A DNA stretch of 64,000 nt from Methanobacteriota archaeon. Its GTDB lineage: Archaea > Thermoplasmatota > E2 > DHVEG-1. The translations under genes were made by a program, and so were the position numbers. Position 1 is the first letter of the stretch, and every line of letters starts with the position of its first letter. The DNA lies in contig CAVYNH010000006.1 of NCBI GenBank assembly GCA_963769885.1, forward strand, positions 320,001-384,000, read 5' to 3'. Positions 19,742 to 29,527 of this stretch are shown piece by piece. The notes beneath the pieces are model-generated. The model was not told the origin of the DNA. It was given only the letters and a program-made list of their open reading frames with translations, and did not search any database.

Positions 19742-20908
19742 TTACCTCCGTTCACTTGACAGCGGGGACAACATCCGCAGCCGATTAACCGTTTCGTTCA
19801 CCGCCTTCACCACCTGAGGCACCTGCTCCAGGCTGTTCGACCGGCCCAACGATAGGACCATCGACCCATGCACCTCCTCATGCTTCAGCCCCAGCGCCAA
19901 CAGTACATGCGACGGCTCCAGCGTCAACGACGAGCACGCGGACCCCGTTGACACCTGGACCCCGAACTGGTCCATGAGCAACACGATGCTCTCCCCTTCG
20001 ATGAAACTAAACCGAAAACTCGCCTGACTCGGCAGCCGACGCACTGGATGACCCGTCAAATACGAATCCTTGACCTTGGTGATCTCCTTGATCAACGCAT
20101 CACGGATCCGCCGCAGGCGGTCAGCCTCCGACTCCATCTCAAGCATCGTCAGCCGGGCGGCCTCACCCATCCCGACGATTGTGAAGAGGTTCTCCGTCCC
20201 AGGACGAAGCCCCCGCTCCTGCCCGCCGCCGACTAGCACAGGCTGAATCTTGAGTCCAGTCCGGATATAGAGCGCCCCGGCGCCTTGCGGCCCCGCCAGG
20301 TCGTTAGAGGAGACAGTGCACAGGTCGATGCCGTCTCGCTGCACATCCACGGGGATGTGGCCGGCGGCCGCGGTCGCATCCACATGCAGATACGCCCCCG
20401 CGGCATGAACGATGTCGCTGACCTCACGGATCGGCTCAATCGTCCCGATCTCACTGTTCGCGGCCATGACGGAGACCACCGCGGTCCCCTTCGTGACCAG
20501 GGACTTGAGCGCCTCGAGGTCGACGAGCCCGGTCGCATCCACGGGGACGAGGTCGAGGGTGTAGCCCTGCTTCTGGAGATCCTTCATCGGGTTGAGCACG
20601 GAGATGTGCTCGATCCTGCTGGCGACCACGTGCGTGCCCATTTTGGGGTTCCGCAGCGCCGTTCCCCGGATGGCGATGTTGTTCGCCTCGGTCGCCCCGC
20701 TGGTGAACACGATGCATTTCTCGCTCTCAGCATTCAGGAGGGCTTTGACTTTCGCCCGGGCGTCTTCCAGGGCGGCGCGGGCGGTCAGCCCGCGGGAATG
20801 CAGGGTCGAGGGATTCCCGATGCTCCCGTCATAGAAGGGGGCGGCGTAGTCGACGACCCGTGGGTCGACGGGCGTGCAGGCGGCGTTATCCATGTAGATT
20901 TGTTCCAT
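19742..20908 (-). CDS. iscS: Cysteine desulfurase
   Basis: IYMDNAA, GNPS, FTSGATE, STGSACSS; the usual S(A/G)HK PLP motif reads SSND. Confidence 0.9.
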   Translation of the reverse strand: MEQIYMDNAACTPVDPRVVDYAAPFYDGSIGNPSTLHSRGLTARAALEDARAKVKALLNAESEKCIVFTSGATEANNIAIRGTALRNPKMGTHVVASRIEHISVLNPMKDLQKQGYTLDLVPVDATGLVDLEALKSLVTKGTAVVSVMAANSEIGTIEPIREVSDIVHAAGAYLHVDATAAAGHIPVDVQRDGIDLCTVSSNDLAGPQGAGALYIRTGLKIQPVLVGGGQERGLRPGTENLFTIVGMGEAARLTMLEMESEADRLRRIRDALIKEITKVKDSYLTGHPVRRLPSQASFRFSFIEGESIVLLMDQFGVQVSTGSACSSLTLEPSHVLLALGLKHEEVHGSMVLSLGRSNSLEQVPQVVKAVNETVNRLRMLSPLSSERR

Positions 20909-20924
20909 AGGATGTGCCTTCTTG

Positions 20925-21287
20925 TCAGAACCACATGGTGGCCTCGGCGTCGAGGGCGAGGTCGTTGAGGGTGCCGGCGCCGACGATTTTGACACCAGGG
21001 AGCAGGTTGACTTTTTCAAGGCCGAGCATTTGTTTTGAGGCCTCGCAGGCGAGGATCTCGATGCCCATGCCTTGGGTTTTCTCGATCATCTCTTGGACGT
21101 TGGGGAAGGCCCCCAGCTTGATGGTCTTGGCGACGCCGGGCATGAGGATCTTGAGGCCCATGCCGAGGTAGTAGACGCGGGGCTTGAGGTCCATCATCTT
21201 CGCGGTCTGCGCGAGGACCAGCGGGGAGTATTGCCGTTCGGGCATATCGCTGGTCTGCACGTAGAGGATGCTGTTTGGTTCTTTCAT
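20925..21287 (-). CDS. DsrE family protein
   Basis: EILACEAS..GVKIVGA pattern typical of DsrE/F. Confidence 0.82.
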   Translation of the reverse strand: MKEPNSILYVQTSDMPERQYSPLVLAQTAKMMDLKPRVYYLGMGLKILMPGVAKTIKLGAFPNVQEMIEKTQGMGIEILACEASKQMLGLEKVNLLPGVKIVGAGTLNDLALDAEATMWF

Positions 21288-21292
21288 ATGTC

Positions 21293-21532
21293 TCACTTCA
21301 TGCGTTTGATGTAGAATCGGAGGAGGGTGCCCTCTTTTTCGAATTTGAGGATTTGGTTGCCGGTGCGTTTGGCCCAGGCCTTGAGGTCGGCCTCGGCGGC
21401 GGGGTCGTCGGCCTCGACTTTGAGGACGTGGCCGATGGGGATCTTGTCGATGGCTTCTTTGGTCATGGCGATGGGCAGGGGGCAGTAGAAGCCGACGCAG
21501 TCCACCTCGGCGGTGAATTGTGGTTCACTCAT
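21293..21532 (-). CDS. TusA/SirA sulfur carrier
   Basis: VDCVGFYCPLP, DDPAAEADL. Confidence 0.93.
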   Translation of the reverse strand: MSEPQFTAEVDCVGFYCPLPIAMTKEAIDKIPIGHVLKVEADDPAAEADLKAWAKRTGNQILKFEKEGTLLRFYIKRMK

Positions 21533-21547
21533 AGGGTCCTTCTTGGG

Positions 21548-22123
21548 TTAGTAGGCCTCCACGAAGAGCTCGTAGTAGCTCTGGGGGTGCTGGCAGGCCG
21601 GGCAGATGTTGGGGGCCTCGGGGCCCTCGTGGATGTAGCCGCAGTTGCGGCAGCGCCATTTGACCGGCTTGCTTTTTTTGAAGACGGTTTTGGTCTTGAC
21701 GTTGTCGAGGAGTTTGAGGTAGCGTTTTTCGTGCTCGGATTCGACCTTGGCGATGTTGCGGAAGCTTCTGGCGACGTCGGGGAAGCCTTCGCGGTCTGCG
21801 GTATCAGCGGCATTGGGGTAGAGGGTGCCCCATTCGAGGTGTTCGCCTTCGGCGGCGTGTCGGAGGTTCTCTTCGGTTGTCCCGATGATGCCGGCGGGGT
21901 ATGTCGCGGTGATTTCGGCCATGCCTCCTTGCAGATGTTTGAAGAAGACTTGGGCGTGTTCCTTTTCATTGTCCGCGGTGGCTTGGAAGATGGCGGCGAT
22001 CTGTTCGTAGCCTTCTTTGCGGGCGACGGAGGCGGCGTAGGTGTAGCGGTTGCGGGCTTGGGATTCGCCGGCGAAGGCGGCGAGGAGGTTGTGTTCGGTT
22101 TGGGTTCCTTTGAGTTGTTTCAT
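21548..22123 (-). CDS. rbr: Rubrerythrin
   Basis: AFAGESQARNRY, EKEHA, WRCRNCGY..CPAC. Confidence 0.97.
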   Translation of the reverse strand: MKQLKGTQTEHNLLAAFAGESQARNRYTYAASVARKEGYEQIAAIFQATADNEKEHAQVFFKHLQGGMAEITATYPAGIIGTTEENLRHAAEGEHLEWGTLYPNAADTADREGFPDVARSFRNIAKVESEHEKRYLKLLDNVKTKTVFKKSKPVKWRCRNCGYIHEGPEAPNICPACQHPQSYYELFVEAY

Positions 22124-22151
22124 GGTTCTCTCTTCCTGGTTTTGATTGGGG

Positions 22152-22643
22152 TTAGGGGCCGACGTGGACCATCGGCCAGTAGACGTCTGCTTCTTCGAAG
22201 CGTTCCATGGCTTCCTGTTCGACTTTGAGGAGTTCGTAGTGGCCGCGTTCCATGTCTGCGAAGTAGCGGATTATGTTCTGTGTCGTTGGGTCGGTGAGCG
22301 TTGTGGCGAGTGCTTCGTAGAAGGCTTGGGCGGCCTGTTCTGCCTTCATGGCATGGCCGATGACCGTGCTGAGGGGGACATCCTCGTCTGGGAGTGGTAC
22401 GATGGGGAGTGGTACAGGCGTGGTGGTCGGGAGGGTCAGGCGTTGTTTAGGGAATTGTGTGGTGTAGAGTTTTTTGAGGTAGGCGCGGTGTTTTTCTTCT
22501 TCTTTGGCGAGGTAGAGGAGTTTGTCTTTGAGCAGGCCGTTTTTCACTTGGTTGGCGAGGCGTGTGTACAGGGCTTTGCTGTCGACTTCGCTTTTGAGGG
22601 CGGAGAGGAGGATGTCTTGAAGGCTATAGTTGGATAGGTCCAC
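22152..22643 (-). CDS. Ferritin-like (rubrerythrin-type) diiron protein
   Basis: EEEKH and MERGH diiron motifs. Confidence 0.88.
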   Translation of the reverse strand: MDLSNYSLQDILLSALKSEVDSKALYTRLANQVKNGLLKDKLLYLAKEEEKHRAYLKKLYTTQFPKQRLTLPTTTPVPLPIVPLPDEDVPLSTVIGHAMKAEQAAQAFYEALATTLTDPTTQNIIRYFADMERGHYELLKVEQEAMERFEEADVYWPMVHVGP

Positions 22644-22654
22644 GGGGGGTCACC

Positions 22655-23149
22655 TTATTTTTGTCCTCGTTTTCCGAGTTCGTGGTCGAGCATGAAGAGG
22701 CCGCCGCTGGATTTGCTGATGAGGTTGAGTTTGTTGACGATGAGCTGGGTGGAGGCTTCCTCTTCGACTTGTTCGGTGATGAACCAGTGGAGCATGACGG
22801 TGGTGGCGTGGTCGCCGTCTTTGGCGGCCAGGGTGGCGAGGCTGTTGATGAGGCCGGTGACTTTGACTTCGTGTTTGTAGGCTTCTTCGAAGGCGTCGAG
22901 GGGCGAGTCCCAGCTGGTGGGGACTTTGTTGATGGCGGTGAGGGTGACGCGGCCGCTGCGTTCGACGATGTAGCGGTAGAAGCGTATGGCGTGCCCGAGT
23001 TCTTCTTTGGCTTGGACGGTCATCCAGTGGGCGAAGCCGCAGAGGTGAGTGGTTTCGAAGTAGGCTGCCATGGAGAGGTAGAGGTAGCCTGACCAGAGCT
23101 CGGCGTTGAGCTGGTCGTTGAGTGCTTTTTCGATGCGTTTGCTGAGCAT
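22655..23149 (-). CDS. ftn: Ferritin
   Basis: LNDQLNAE..YLSMA, EELGHA, HE, WFITEQVEEE. Confidence 0.95.
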   Translation of the reverse strand: MLSKRIEKALNDQLNAELWSGYLYLSMAAYFETTHLCGFAHWMTVQAKEELGHAIRFYRYIVERSGRVTLTAINKVPTSWDSPLDAFEEAYKHEVKVTGLINSLATLAAKDGDHATTVMLHWFITEQVEEEASTQLIVNKLNLISKSSGGLFMLDHELGKRGQK

Positions 23150-23206
23150 TGTCTGTTTTCCTCCTTTTTTTGTTTTCTCACGGGTTGGGGGTGCGAATGC
23201 CCATGA

Positions 23207-24415
23207 TTAACTTCCCCCAGGTATAGGTCCAATTTTTTTATCTTTTATATAGTTTGCCAACAGCTGTGCCTGATGTCGGATGGTTACGAGGTCGTTTTCT
23301 TCGGGAACGTAGTGGGTTTTGAGACTGGCAACCGGGAGGTCCCAGCCGAGGGTTCTCATGGTGGTCTCGATCTCGGGGATCGACTGGCCGCCCCAGCCGT
23401 ATGAGCCGAAGGCGAGGCCGACGCGGTTCTTTGGGTGCAGGCCGCGGATGTAGCTGAGGAAGGCGCCGATGCTGGGCAGGACGCCGCTGTTGAGGGTCGG
23501 TGAGCCGACACAGATGAGCCGGGTGGAGAGGACGGTGGTCATGACGTCGGAGATGTGACTGGTCTTGAGGTTGTGCATGGTGACGGGCAGGCCGGCGGCT
23601 TCGAAGCCGTCCCGGAGAGCGGATGCCATCTTGTCGGTGGAGCCCCACATGCTGTCGTAGACGATGGTCGCGCAGGGGAGGCTCTGGTGGGTCGCCCATT
23701 GCTGGTAAGTATTCAGGATCTGGGGGAGGTGTCGGTGCCAGATGGCGCCGTGGCTGGGGGCGATCATGTCGAACTTCAAGGGTGCGAGGGCGGTGAGGGC
23801 TGTGGCGACCTGGTCGCTGTAGGGCAGGACGATGTTGGCGTAGTACTTGGCCGCCTCTTCGTGGAGGATGTCCCAGCCGATCTCGTCGTCGAAGCGGTGG
23901 GCGGAGGCGATGTGCTGGCCGAAGGCGTCGTTTGGGAAGAGAAGGGCATCAGCGGGGCTGTAGGTGACCATGGAGTCGGGCCAGTGCACCATCGGGATGT
24001 GGTGAAAATGGAGTGTTCGCTTGCCGATATTCAGAGTTTCGCCGGTCTTGACGGCTTTCATCGGCCAGTCAGTGTGGTAGTGGCTGCGCAGGCCGGGTTC
24101 CCCTTTGGTGGAGGTGATGAGGGTAGCGTTGGGGAGGAGTTTGAGGAGCTGGGGGAGGGAGCCGGAGTGGTCCATCTCGACGTGGTTGGAGATGACGTAT
24201 TTGATGGCGGTGGGGTCGATGAGTTTGGAGATGCGGTCGAGGAGTTCGGGGTAGAAGGGGGCTTTGACGGTGTCGATGAGGGTGGGGTCGCGGTCGGTGA
24301 TGAGGTAGGCGTTGTAGGTGGTGCCGCGGGGGGTGTGGTAGCCGTGGAATTCTCTGAGGTTCCAGTCGACGGCGCCGACCCAGTGGACGTCGGGTTTGAG
24401 GCGGACGGGCTCCAT
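23207..24415 (-). CDS. fprA: Flavodiiron protein (FprA family)
   Basis: GTTYNAYLI, NHVEMDHSG, HWPD, YDSMWGST, FGSYGW. Confidence 0.96.
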   Translation of the reverse strand: MEPVRLKPDVHWVGAVDWNLREFHGYHTPRGTTYNAYLITDRDPTLIDTVKAPFYPELLDRISKLIDPTAIKYVISNHVEMDHSGSLPQLLKLLPNATLITSTKGEPGLRSHYHTDWPMKAVKTGETLNIGKRTLHFHHIPMVHWPDSMVTYSPADALLFPNDAFGQHIASAHRFDDEIGWDILHEEAAKYYANIVLPYSDQVATALTALAPLKFDMIAPSHGAIWHRHLPQILNTYQQWATHQSLPCATIVYDSMWGSTDKMASALRDGFEAAGLPVTMHNLKTSHISDVMTTVLSTRLICVGSPTLNSGVLPSIGAFLSYIRGLHPKNRVGLAFGSYGWGGQSIPEIETTMRTLGWDLPVASLKTHYVPEENDLVTIRHQAQLLANYIKDKKIGPIPGGS

Positions 24416-24421
24416 GGGGGT

Positions 24422-25123
24422 TTACTCCTGGGGTTCGAAGGCGTCTTTGGCAGCGCCGCAGACGGGGCAGACCCAGTCGTCGGGGAGGTCTTCGAAGGCG
24501 GTGCCGGGGGCGATGTTGTTTTCGGGGTCGCCGGCGTCGGGGTCGTAGACATAGCCGCAGACGGTGCAGACATATTTTTTCATGGTTTTTTCCTCCTTCT
24601 TCTTGGGTGGTTGTTCTTCTTCTTTGAGGTAGGTGGGCGCGTTTTTAGGGGATTTGCCGCCCTTGATTTCGTGGTAGTACTCGTAGGTCATGGCCGGCTC
24701 GGCGCTGAGCAGTTCGGCGTCTTCGACTTGGCCAATGAAGATGGTGTGGGTGCCGACGCTGATTTGGTTGATGACGCGGGCTTCGAGGTAGCCAAGGCAG
24801 GAGTCGATGACGATGGGGGCGCCGGTGACGCCGATCTTGTAGTGGGTGGTCTTGAATTTGTCGATGTCACGGCCGGATTTGTGGCCGAAGAGTCCGATGA
24901 GGGTCATGGGGGCGTTCTGGCAGAGGATGCTGGCGGAGAAGACCTTGCTGTTCTGGATGTAGTCGTGGGTGAGGTTTTTTTTGCTGATGCTGACGGCGAC
25001 GGTCTGGGGCTCGGCGGTGACTTGGAAGAGGGCGTTGGCGATCTGGCCGTTGAGGCGGCCGTCGTCCCGTGAGGCGACGATGTAGAGGCCGTACGGGATT
25101 TTATGCAGCGTCTTTGGGTTCAT
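24422..25123 (-). CDS. Flavin reductase-rubredoxin fusion (high-molecular-weight rubredoxin)
   Basis: [14 protein letters not shown] plus C-terminal [16 protein letters not shown]. Confidence 0.93.
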   Translation of the reverse strand: MNPKTLHKIPYGLYIVASRDDGRLNGQIANALFQVTAEPQTVAVSISKKNLTHDYIQNSKVFSASILCQNAPMTLIGLFGHKSGRDIDKFKTTHYKIGVTGAPIVIDSCLGYLEARVINQISVGTHTIFIGQVEDAELLSAEPAMTYEYYHEIKGGKSPKNAPTYLKEEEQPPKKKEEKTMKKYVCTVCGYVYDPDAGDPENNIAPGTAFEDLPDDWVCPVCGAAKDAFEPQE

Positions 25124-25542
25124 CCTTTCGCTCCTGTTTTTTGGCGCAGGCGGGGCAGAGGCCTTTGAAGTAGCCGTGGACTTCTTCGATGCAGTAGCCG
25201 CCCCCTTCGACTTTCTTGATGTTGGGGCAGATGGAGCTCGATGTCGGAGATCTTTTTGCAGTGGGTGCAGAGGAAGTGGTGGTGGGTGTCGACTCTGGCG
25301 TCGTAGCGGGTCTCGCTGCCGCTGATGGTGATGGCGTGGATGAGGTTCTCTTTTTTGAGGGTTTCGAGGGCGTTGTAGACCGTTGTCCGCGACAATGAGG
25401 GGCTGGTGTGTTTGAGGGCGGTGTAGATCTCGTCGGCGCCGGGGTGGGTGTAGTGGGTGTGGAGGTAGTGGAGGATTTGGAGGCGCTGGGGGGTGGCCTT
25501 GAGGTGGTGTTCTTTGAGGAGGGTGAGGTCGTCTTCGAACAT
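25101..25542 (-). pseudogene. Fur/PerR family regulator, frameshifted near 25232
   Basis: [23 protein letters not shown] in frame 0; C-terminal [10 protein letters not shown] only in the shifted frame. Confidence 0.8.
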
Positions 25543-25568
25543 AGGTCGTGCCCGGACTTTATCCTAAC

Positions 25569-25583
25569 TTGTAATGATTACAA
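25569..25583. promoter_or_regulatory. Per/Fur-box-like operator
   Basis: Perfect 7-1-7 palindrome TTGTAAT-G-ATTACAA about 25 nt downstream of the minus-strand TATA (TTTATTAA, 25607-25614). Confidence 0.75.
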
Positions 25584-25672
25584 TGTAGGACCGAATCCAT
25601 GTGCGGTTAATAAAACTTCCGATGACGGCACCAAACTATGTTCTTATTAAACCACGAAGGGTTCCCCCCTTC

Positions 25673-26458
25673 GTGCTCTCACCCCTCGTCGAAATCATCC
25701 TCCCCTTTTTCTTTTCCTTTGCCGTCGTCATCCTCATTACCATGCTCGCCGAACGCTTCGGCACCAAGGTCGGCGGCATCGCCGGCACCCTGCCCTCCAC
25801 CATCATCATCGCCTTCCTCTTCATCGCGCTCAACCGCGGCATCCCCTTCGCCAACCACTCCGTCACCATCGCCATCGCGGTCATGGCGATGAACCTCCTG
25901 TTCCTCAGCGCCTTCGCCGCCCTCATCCCCCGCTCCCTGCCCCACGCCCTCATCGGCTCGTTCGGCATCTGGACCGTCGGCACCGTCGCCATCTATGTCT
26001 CCAACCTCGACAACATGCTCGTCTCCCAGGTCGCCTTCGCCGCCGCCTACCTGGGCTGCCTATGGTTCCTGGAGAAACATAAACGGATCCCCTCGCAACA
26101 GAGGATCCACATGACCTACAGCGCTAAAAAAATCCTGCTCCGCGGCCTGCTCGCCGGCGTCGTCATCGCCGCCGCCGTCGTCCTCTCCAACGTCAACGCC
26201 GCGCTCAGCGGGGTCCTCGCCATGTTCCCCGCCATCTTCCTCTCCACCATGCTCATCGCGGATCTCGAACACGGACCAGACTTCACCAGAGGGCTCGCCA
26301 AGGCCATGATTTACGGCAGCTATAGCGTCACCGCCTACGGCGCAGCAATATTCATCCTCTACCCGGCCATCGGAATCACGGCTGGGACAATCGGAGCAAT
26401 CCTCATCAGCCTCGCGATCTCCGTGATCATTTACCTCTTCCGTTCCATACTCCAATGA
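25673..26458 (+). CDS. Multi-TM membrane protein (DUF3147-like, internal duplication)
   Basis: AERFG..GGIAGTLPST and SGVLAMFPA halves. Confidence 0.78.
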   Translation: MLSPLVEIILPFFFSFAVVILITMLAERFGTKVGGIAGTLPSTIIIAFLFIALNRGIPFANHSVTIAIAVMAMNLLFLSAFAALIPRSLPHALIGSFGIWTVGTVAIYVSNLDNMLVSQVAFAAAYLGCLWFLEKHKRIPSQQRIHMTYSAKKILLRGLLAGVVIAAAVVLSNVNAALSGVLAMFPAIFLSTMLIADLEHGPDFTRGLAKAMIYGSYSVTAYGAAIFILYPAIGITAGTIGAILISLAISVIIYLFRSILQ

Positions 26459-26471
26459 CAAAAAAACCATT

Positions 26472-27551
26472 CTACTTCTTTTGATATGTGTACTCGATCC
26501 GGCAGCTACCCTCACGACTCACCATGCACGGACCAAGCGGCGTCTGCGGCGTACACCGACAGCCAAACAGCGGGCATTCACTCGAGGCACACACCCCGCG
26601 TAACACCGCCCCACACAGGCACCCCGCCGGTTCCGGGAATGACTCCCCCGCCAACCCCGCCAACGCATCCGCAAACCGCAGCCGCGCATCAAACCCTGCG
26701 TACTGCGACTTCAAGAATAACCCTGACTTCGGGATCACCGGGAACCCACGCCACGCGACATCCCCCGGCACAAACACCTGTCGCATTACTGCTTGGGCCT
26801 TCACGTTCCCCTCCGGCCTCACCGCGCGGACATACTCGTTCTCCACAACCGCCTTCTTCCTCTGAACCTGCTGCACCAGCATCCAGACCGCCATGAGCAC
26901 ATCCAGCGGCTCGAACCCCGCGACCACCTGCGGCACATGATACTTCCGAGACACAGGCTGATACGGCCCCAGCCCAATGATCGTCGACACATGCCCCGGC
27001 TCGATAAACCCGTCGATCCGCAGCTCCCCCATCCCCAAGATCGCCTCCAACGCCGGCGGAATCATTCGATGGCAACTCAAAATCGAGAAATTCTTTGGAG
27101 GACCCTCCACAATCACCGCGGCCGTGGACGGCGTCGTCGTCTCAAACCCCACCGCCAAAAAGACAACATCCTTGGATGGATTCGTTCGAGCGATGCCAAC
27201 CGCATCCTCGATGCTGTACACCATCCGGACGTCACAGCCCTCCGTCTTCATCTGCGCAAGCGACGCCGCACGGCCGGGCACCTGCAGCATATCGCCGAAC
27301 GACGCGACCGTCAACCCCTTGCGCGCAAGCGTGATCGCCTCCTCGACCTCCCGCGCGGTCGTCACACACACCGGGCACCCGGGACCCTGACTGACCGTGA
27401 TCCCACAGCTTTTCAGCACCGCGTCCAGGCCATGACGTACCAGCGTCTCCTGATGCGTCCCGCAGACATGCATGAACCGAAGCTGCACTGCCGCGTCCTT
27501 GAGCTTGCCGACGATCTCATCCGCGACTGCCTTGTCTCGCAGCTCAAACAC
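26472..27551 (-). CDS. hypD: Hydrogenase maturation protein HypD
   Basis: CGTH, GPGCPVC, GFETT, PGHVS, GPCMVS.EG. Confidence 0.97.
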   Translation of the reverse strand: MFELRDKAVADEIVGKLKDAAVQLRFMHVCGTHQETLVRHGLDAVLKSCGITVSQGPGCPVCVTTAREVEEAITLARKGLTVASFGDMLQVPGRAASLAQMKTEGCDVRMVYSIEDAVGIARTNPSKDVVFLAVGFETTTPSTAAVIVEGPPKNFSILSCHRMIPPALEAILGMGELRIDGFIEPGHVSTIIGLGPYQPVSRKYHVPQVVAGFEPLDVLMAVWMLVQQVQRKKAVVENEYVRAVRPEGNVKAQAVMRQVFVPGDVAWRGFPVIPKSGLFLKSQYAGFDARLRFADALAGLAGESFPEPAGCLCGAVLRGVCASSECPLFGCRCTPQTPLGPCMVSREGSCRIEYTYQKK

Positions 27552-27784
27552 TAGGCCTCACCCGCCGCCCCAAGCATCTCTCTGAACAACGCAAGGGTCT
27601 CCTCCGCCTCCCTGCGCTCCACCACCTGGATCGCGAACCCCGCATGGACCAGCACATAGTCTCCGACCTTGGCGTCAACCAAGGAGACGTTCACAGTCCG
27701 CGCGGTGCCATCCCCGTAATCGACCTGGGCATGGCTCATCTTCGCATCGATGCTCTTGATTTTCCCAGGGATCGCAAGGCACAC
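27551..27784 (-). CDS. hypC: Hydrogenase maturation protein HypC
   Basis: MCLAIPG, GDYVLVHAGFAI. Confidence 0.97.
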   Translation of the reverse strand: MCLAIPGKIKSIDAKMSHAQVDYGDGTARTVNVSLVDAKVGDYVLVHAGFAIQVVERREAEETLALFREMLGAAGEA

Positions 27785-27862
27785 AACACAGCCATACCAG
27801 CGTGGATTATAAGATTAACCCAGGGAATGCGCAAAAAAGAAAAAACCGAAGGAAGCCAGTCG

Positions 27863-28204
27863 TTAGTCTTTAATGGGGATCAGGCAGAGGAACCGCAGCA
27901 TGGACTTGCCGGAGTTCACGAACTGATGCCATTCCATCGCCGGCACGAAGACGACGTCGCCGGCACCGAACGGCTCCTCGTGGGTCTTGTCGCGCAGCAG
28001 GCCGGTGCCCTCGAGGATGAAGACCTCGTGCTCCCAGTCGTGCTGGTGTAGCGGGGAACAGCCACCCGACTGGACCTCGAACATCCGCATCGCGAAGTTC
28101 TTGGCGCCGTCTTTCTTCGAGATTAGCCATCGGATCTTGATATTCTTCGCTCCCGTTTCCTTAGGTATCTCTAGATCAACCTTCGAGTAATGAACGTGCT
28201 TCAT
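27863..28204 (-). CDS. Cupin domain protein
   Basis: HQHDWEHE..G..HQF. Confidence 0.9.
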   Translation of the reverse strand: MKHVHYSKVDLEIPKETGAKNIKIRWLISKKDGAKNFAMRMFEVQSGGCSPLHQHDWEHEVFILEGTGLLRDKTHEEPFGAGDVVFVPAMEWHQFVNSGKSMLRFLCLIPIKD

Positions 28205-28616
28205 TGACAAGCCTCCAATAGGATATTCCGAGTGGGGACAATGTGCTGGCTCATCATTAATTTTATTCCAAAAAGATGGGGAAGGGAGGAGGAGGGGTTC
28301 TTACGGCTGGAGAAGAGTCAGGAAAATGGATACCGTCACCTCTCCTCCCGTTGGAATCGTGACCTGCTCCATTGGGGAGGCTGCAATAGGATGGAGCAGA
28401 CCACCGGTTATCGTCAGTGTGGCCGTCACGCTCATCTCATGGTTCGTCAGGTTCTTCACCGACTCCAGGAGCAGGTATGGATCCTTCATGCTTATAAAGG
28501 GTCAGAAAATGGTTGGTTTTTTCCAAACGTTTGGGGGCATCCTCCAGGGGAGAGGAGGGGTTCGCATCCTTAAAATATTACTGCTTGTATTCCTGTCCCA
28601 GACAGATGGTGATTGC

Positions 28617-29453
28617 GTGAAGCTCTCTGATATCCGCGTCGGTGTCGTCCGGATCGAGGGGACGAACTGCGAGCAGGAGTCGTTGGACGCGTTCAAGCGC
28701 CTGGGGACCAAGCCTGAGTTCGTGCACCTCAAGCAGCTGCTCGGCATCGATTGTACCAAGGAGGAGTGCCGGGATCTGTTCGATTATCAGTGTGTGATGA
28801 TCCCTGGTGGGTTTTCTGCTGGCGATTATATCCGGGCGGGGGCGATCTTCGCGGCGCGGATGAAGGCTCAGTTGCAGCGGCCGTTGAGGGAGTACGTCGA
28901 GCAGGGGTACCCGGTGCTGGGGGTCTGTAACGGGTTCCAGGTGCTCACGGAGCTGGGGCTGCTGCCTGGGTTTGATGAGACGATCCGCAACGTGCCGGAT
29001 GCCTGCCTGTATTTGAATGACTCGAGTCGGTTCGAGTGCCGTCCGACGCTGTTGAAGCATGAGAACCGGGGGACGTGCGTGTTTACGCGGAAGATCCCGA
29101 AGGAGTCGATCCGCCTGATCCCCAGCGCGCATGCGGAGGGGAAGCTGTTGTTTCCTCTGGAGAAGCAGGAGGAGTACATCCGGCGGTTGGAGAAGAACGA
29201 TCAGATCGTGTTCCGGTATGTGGATCCGGAGGGGCGGTACGCGGGGTATCCGTGGAATCCGAACGGGTCACCGGGGAACCTGGCGGGGATCTGCAGCCCG
29301 TCGGGGACGGTGTTCGGGATGATGCCGCATCCTGAGCGGACGTTCTTCGTGCATCAGCAGCCGACGTGGACGCGGACCGGGTTGGACAGCGATGTCGGGG
29401 ACGGCCGGGCTGTCTTCGAGTCCGTCGTGGACTACATCTCCAAGAAATTCTAA
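28617..29453 (+). CDS. purQ: FGAM synthase glutaminase subunit
   Basis: GTNCE, PGGFSAGD, GVCNGFQ, AHAEG, MMPHPER; GGTGA SD before GTG 28617. Confidence 0.95.
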   Translation: MKLSDIRVGVVRIEGTNCEQESLDAFKRLGTKPEFVHLKQLLGIDCTKEECRDLFDYQCVMIPGGFSAGDYIRAGAIFAARMKAQLQRPLREYVEQGYPVLGVCNGFQVLTELGLLPGFDETIRNVPDACLYLNDSSRFECRPTLLKHENRGTCVFTRKIPKESIRLIPSAHAEGKLLFPLEKQEEYIRRLEKNDQIVFRYVDPEGRYAGYPWNPNGSPGNLAGICSPSGTVFGMMPHPERTFFVHQQPTWTRTGLDSDVGDGRAVFESVVDYISKKF

Positions 29454-29527
29454 GTAAAATCAGCTGGATTTTTTTTAATTTTTTTTGTAAGTGATTTTAG
29501 AAAATAAAAAAAAGAGAAAGGGGGGTG

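Noticed and set aside
23555-25072. Long antisense or alternative-frame ORFs (also 58072-59397, 60541-61788, 31178-32332, 8059-9177)
   Set aside because: Shadow ORFs produced by extreme codon skew opposite recognisable genes
28326-28616. N-terminal extension of PurQ
   Set aside because: PurQ similarity and an SD start at GTG 28617
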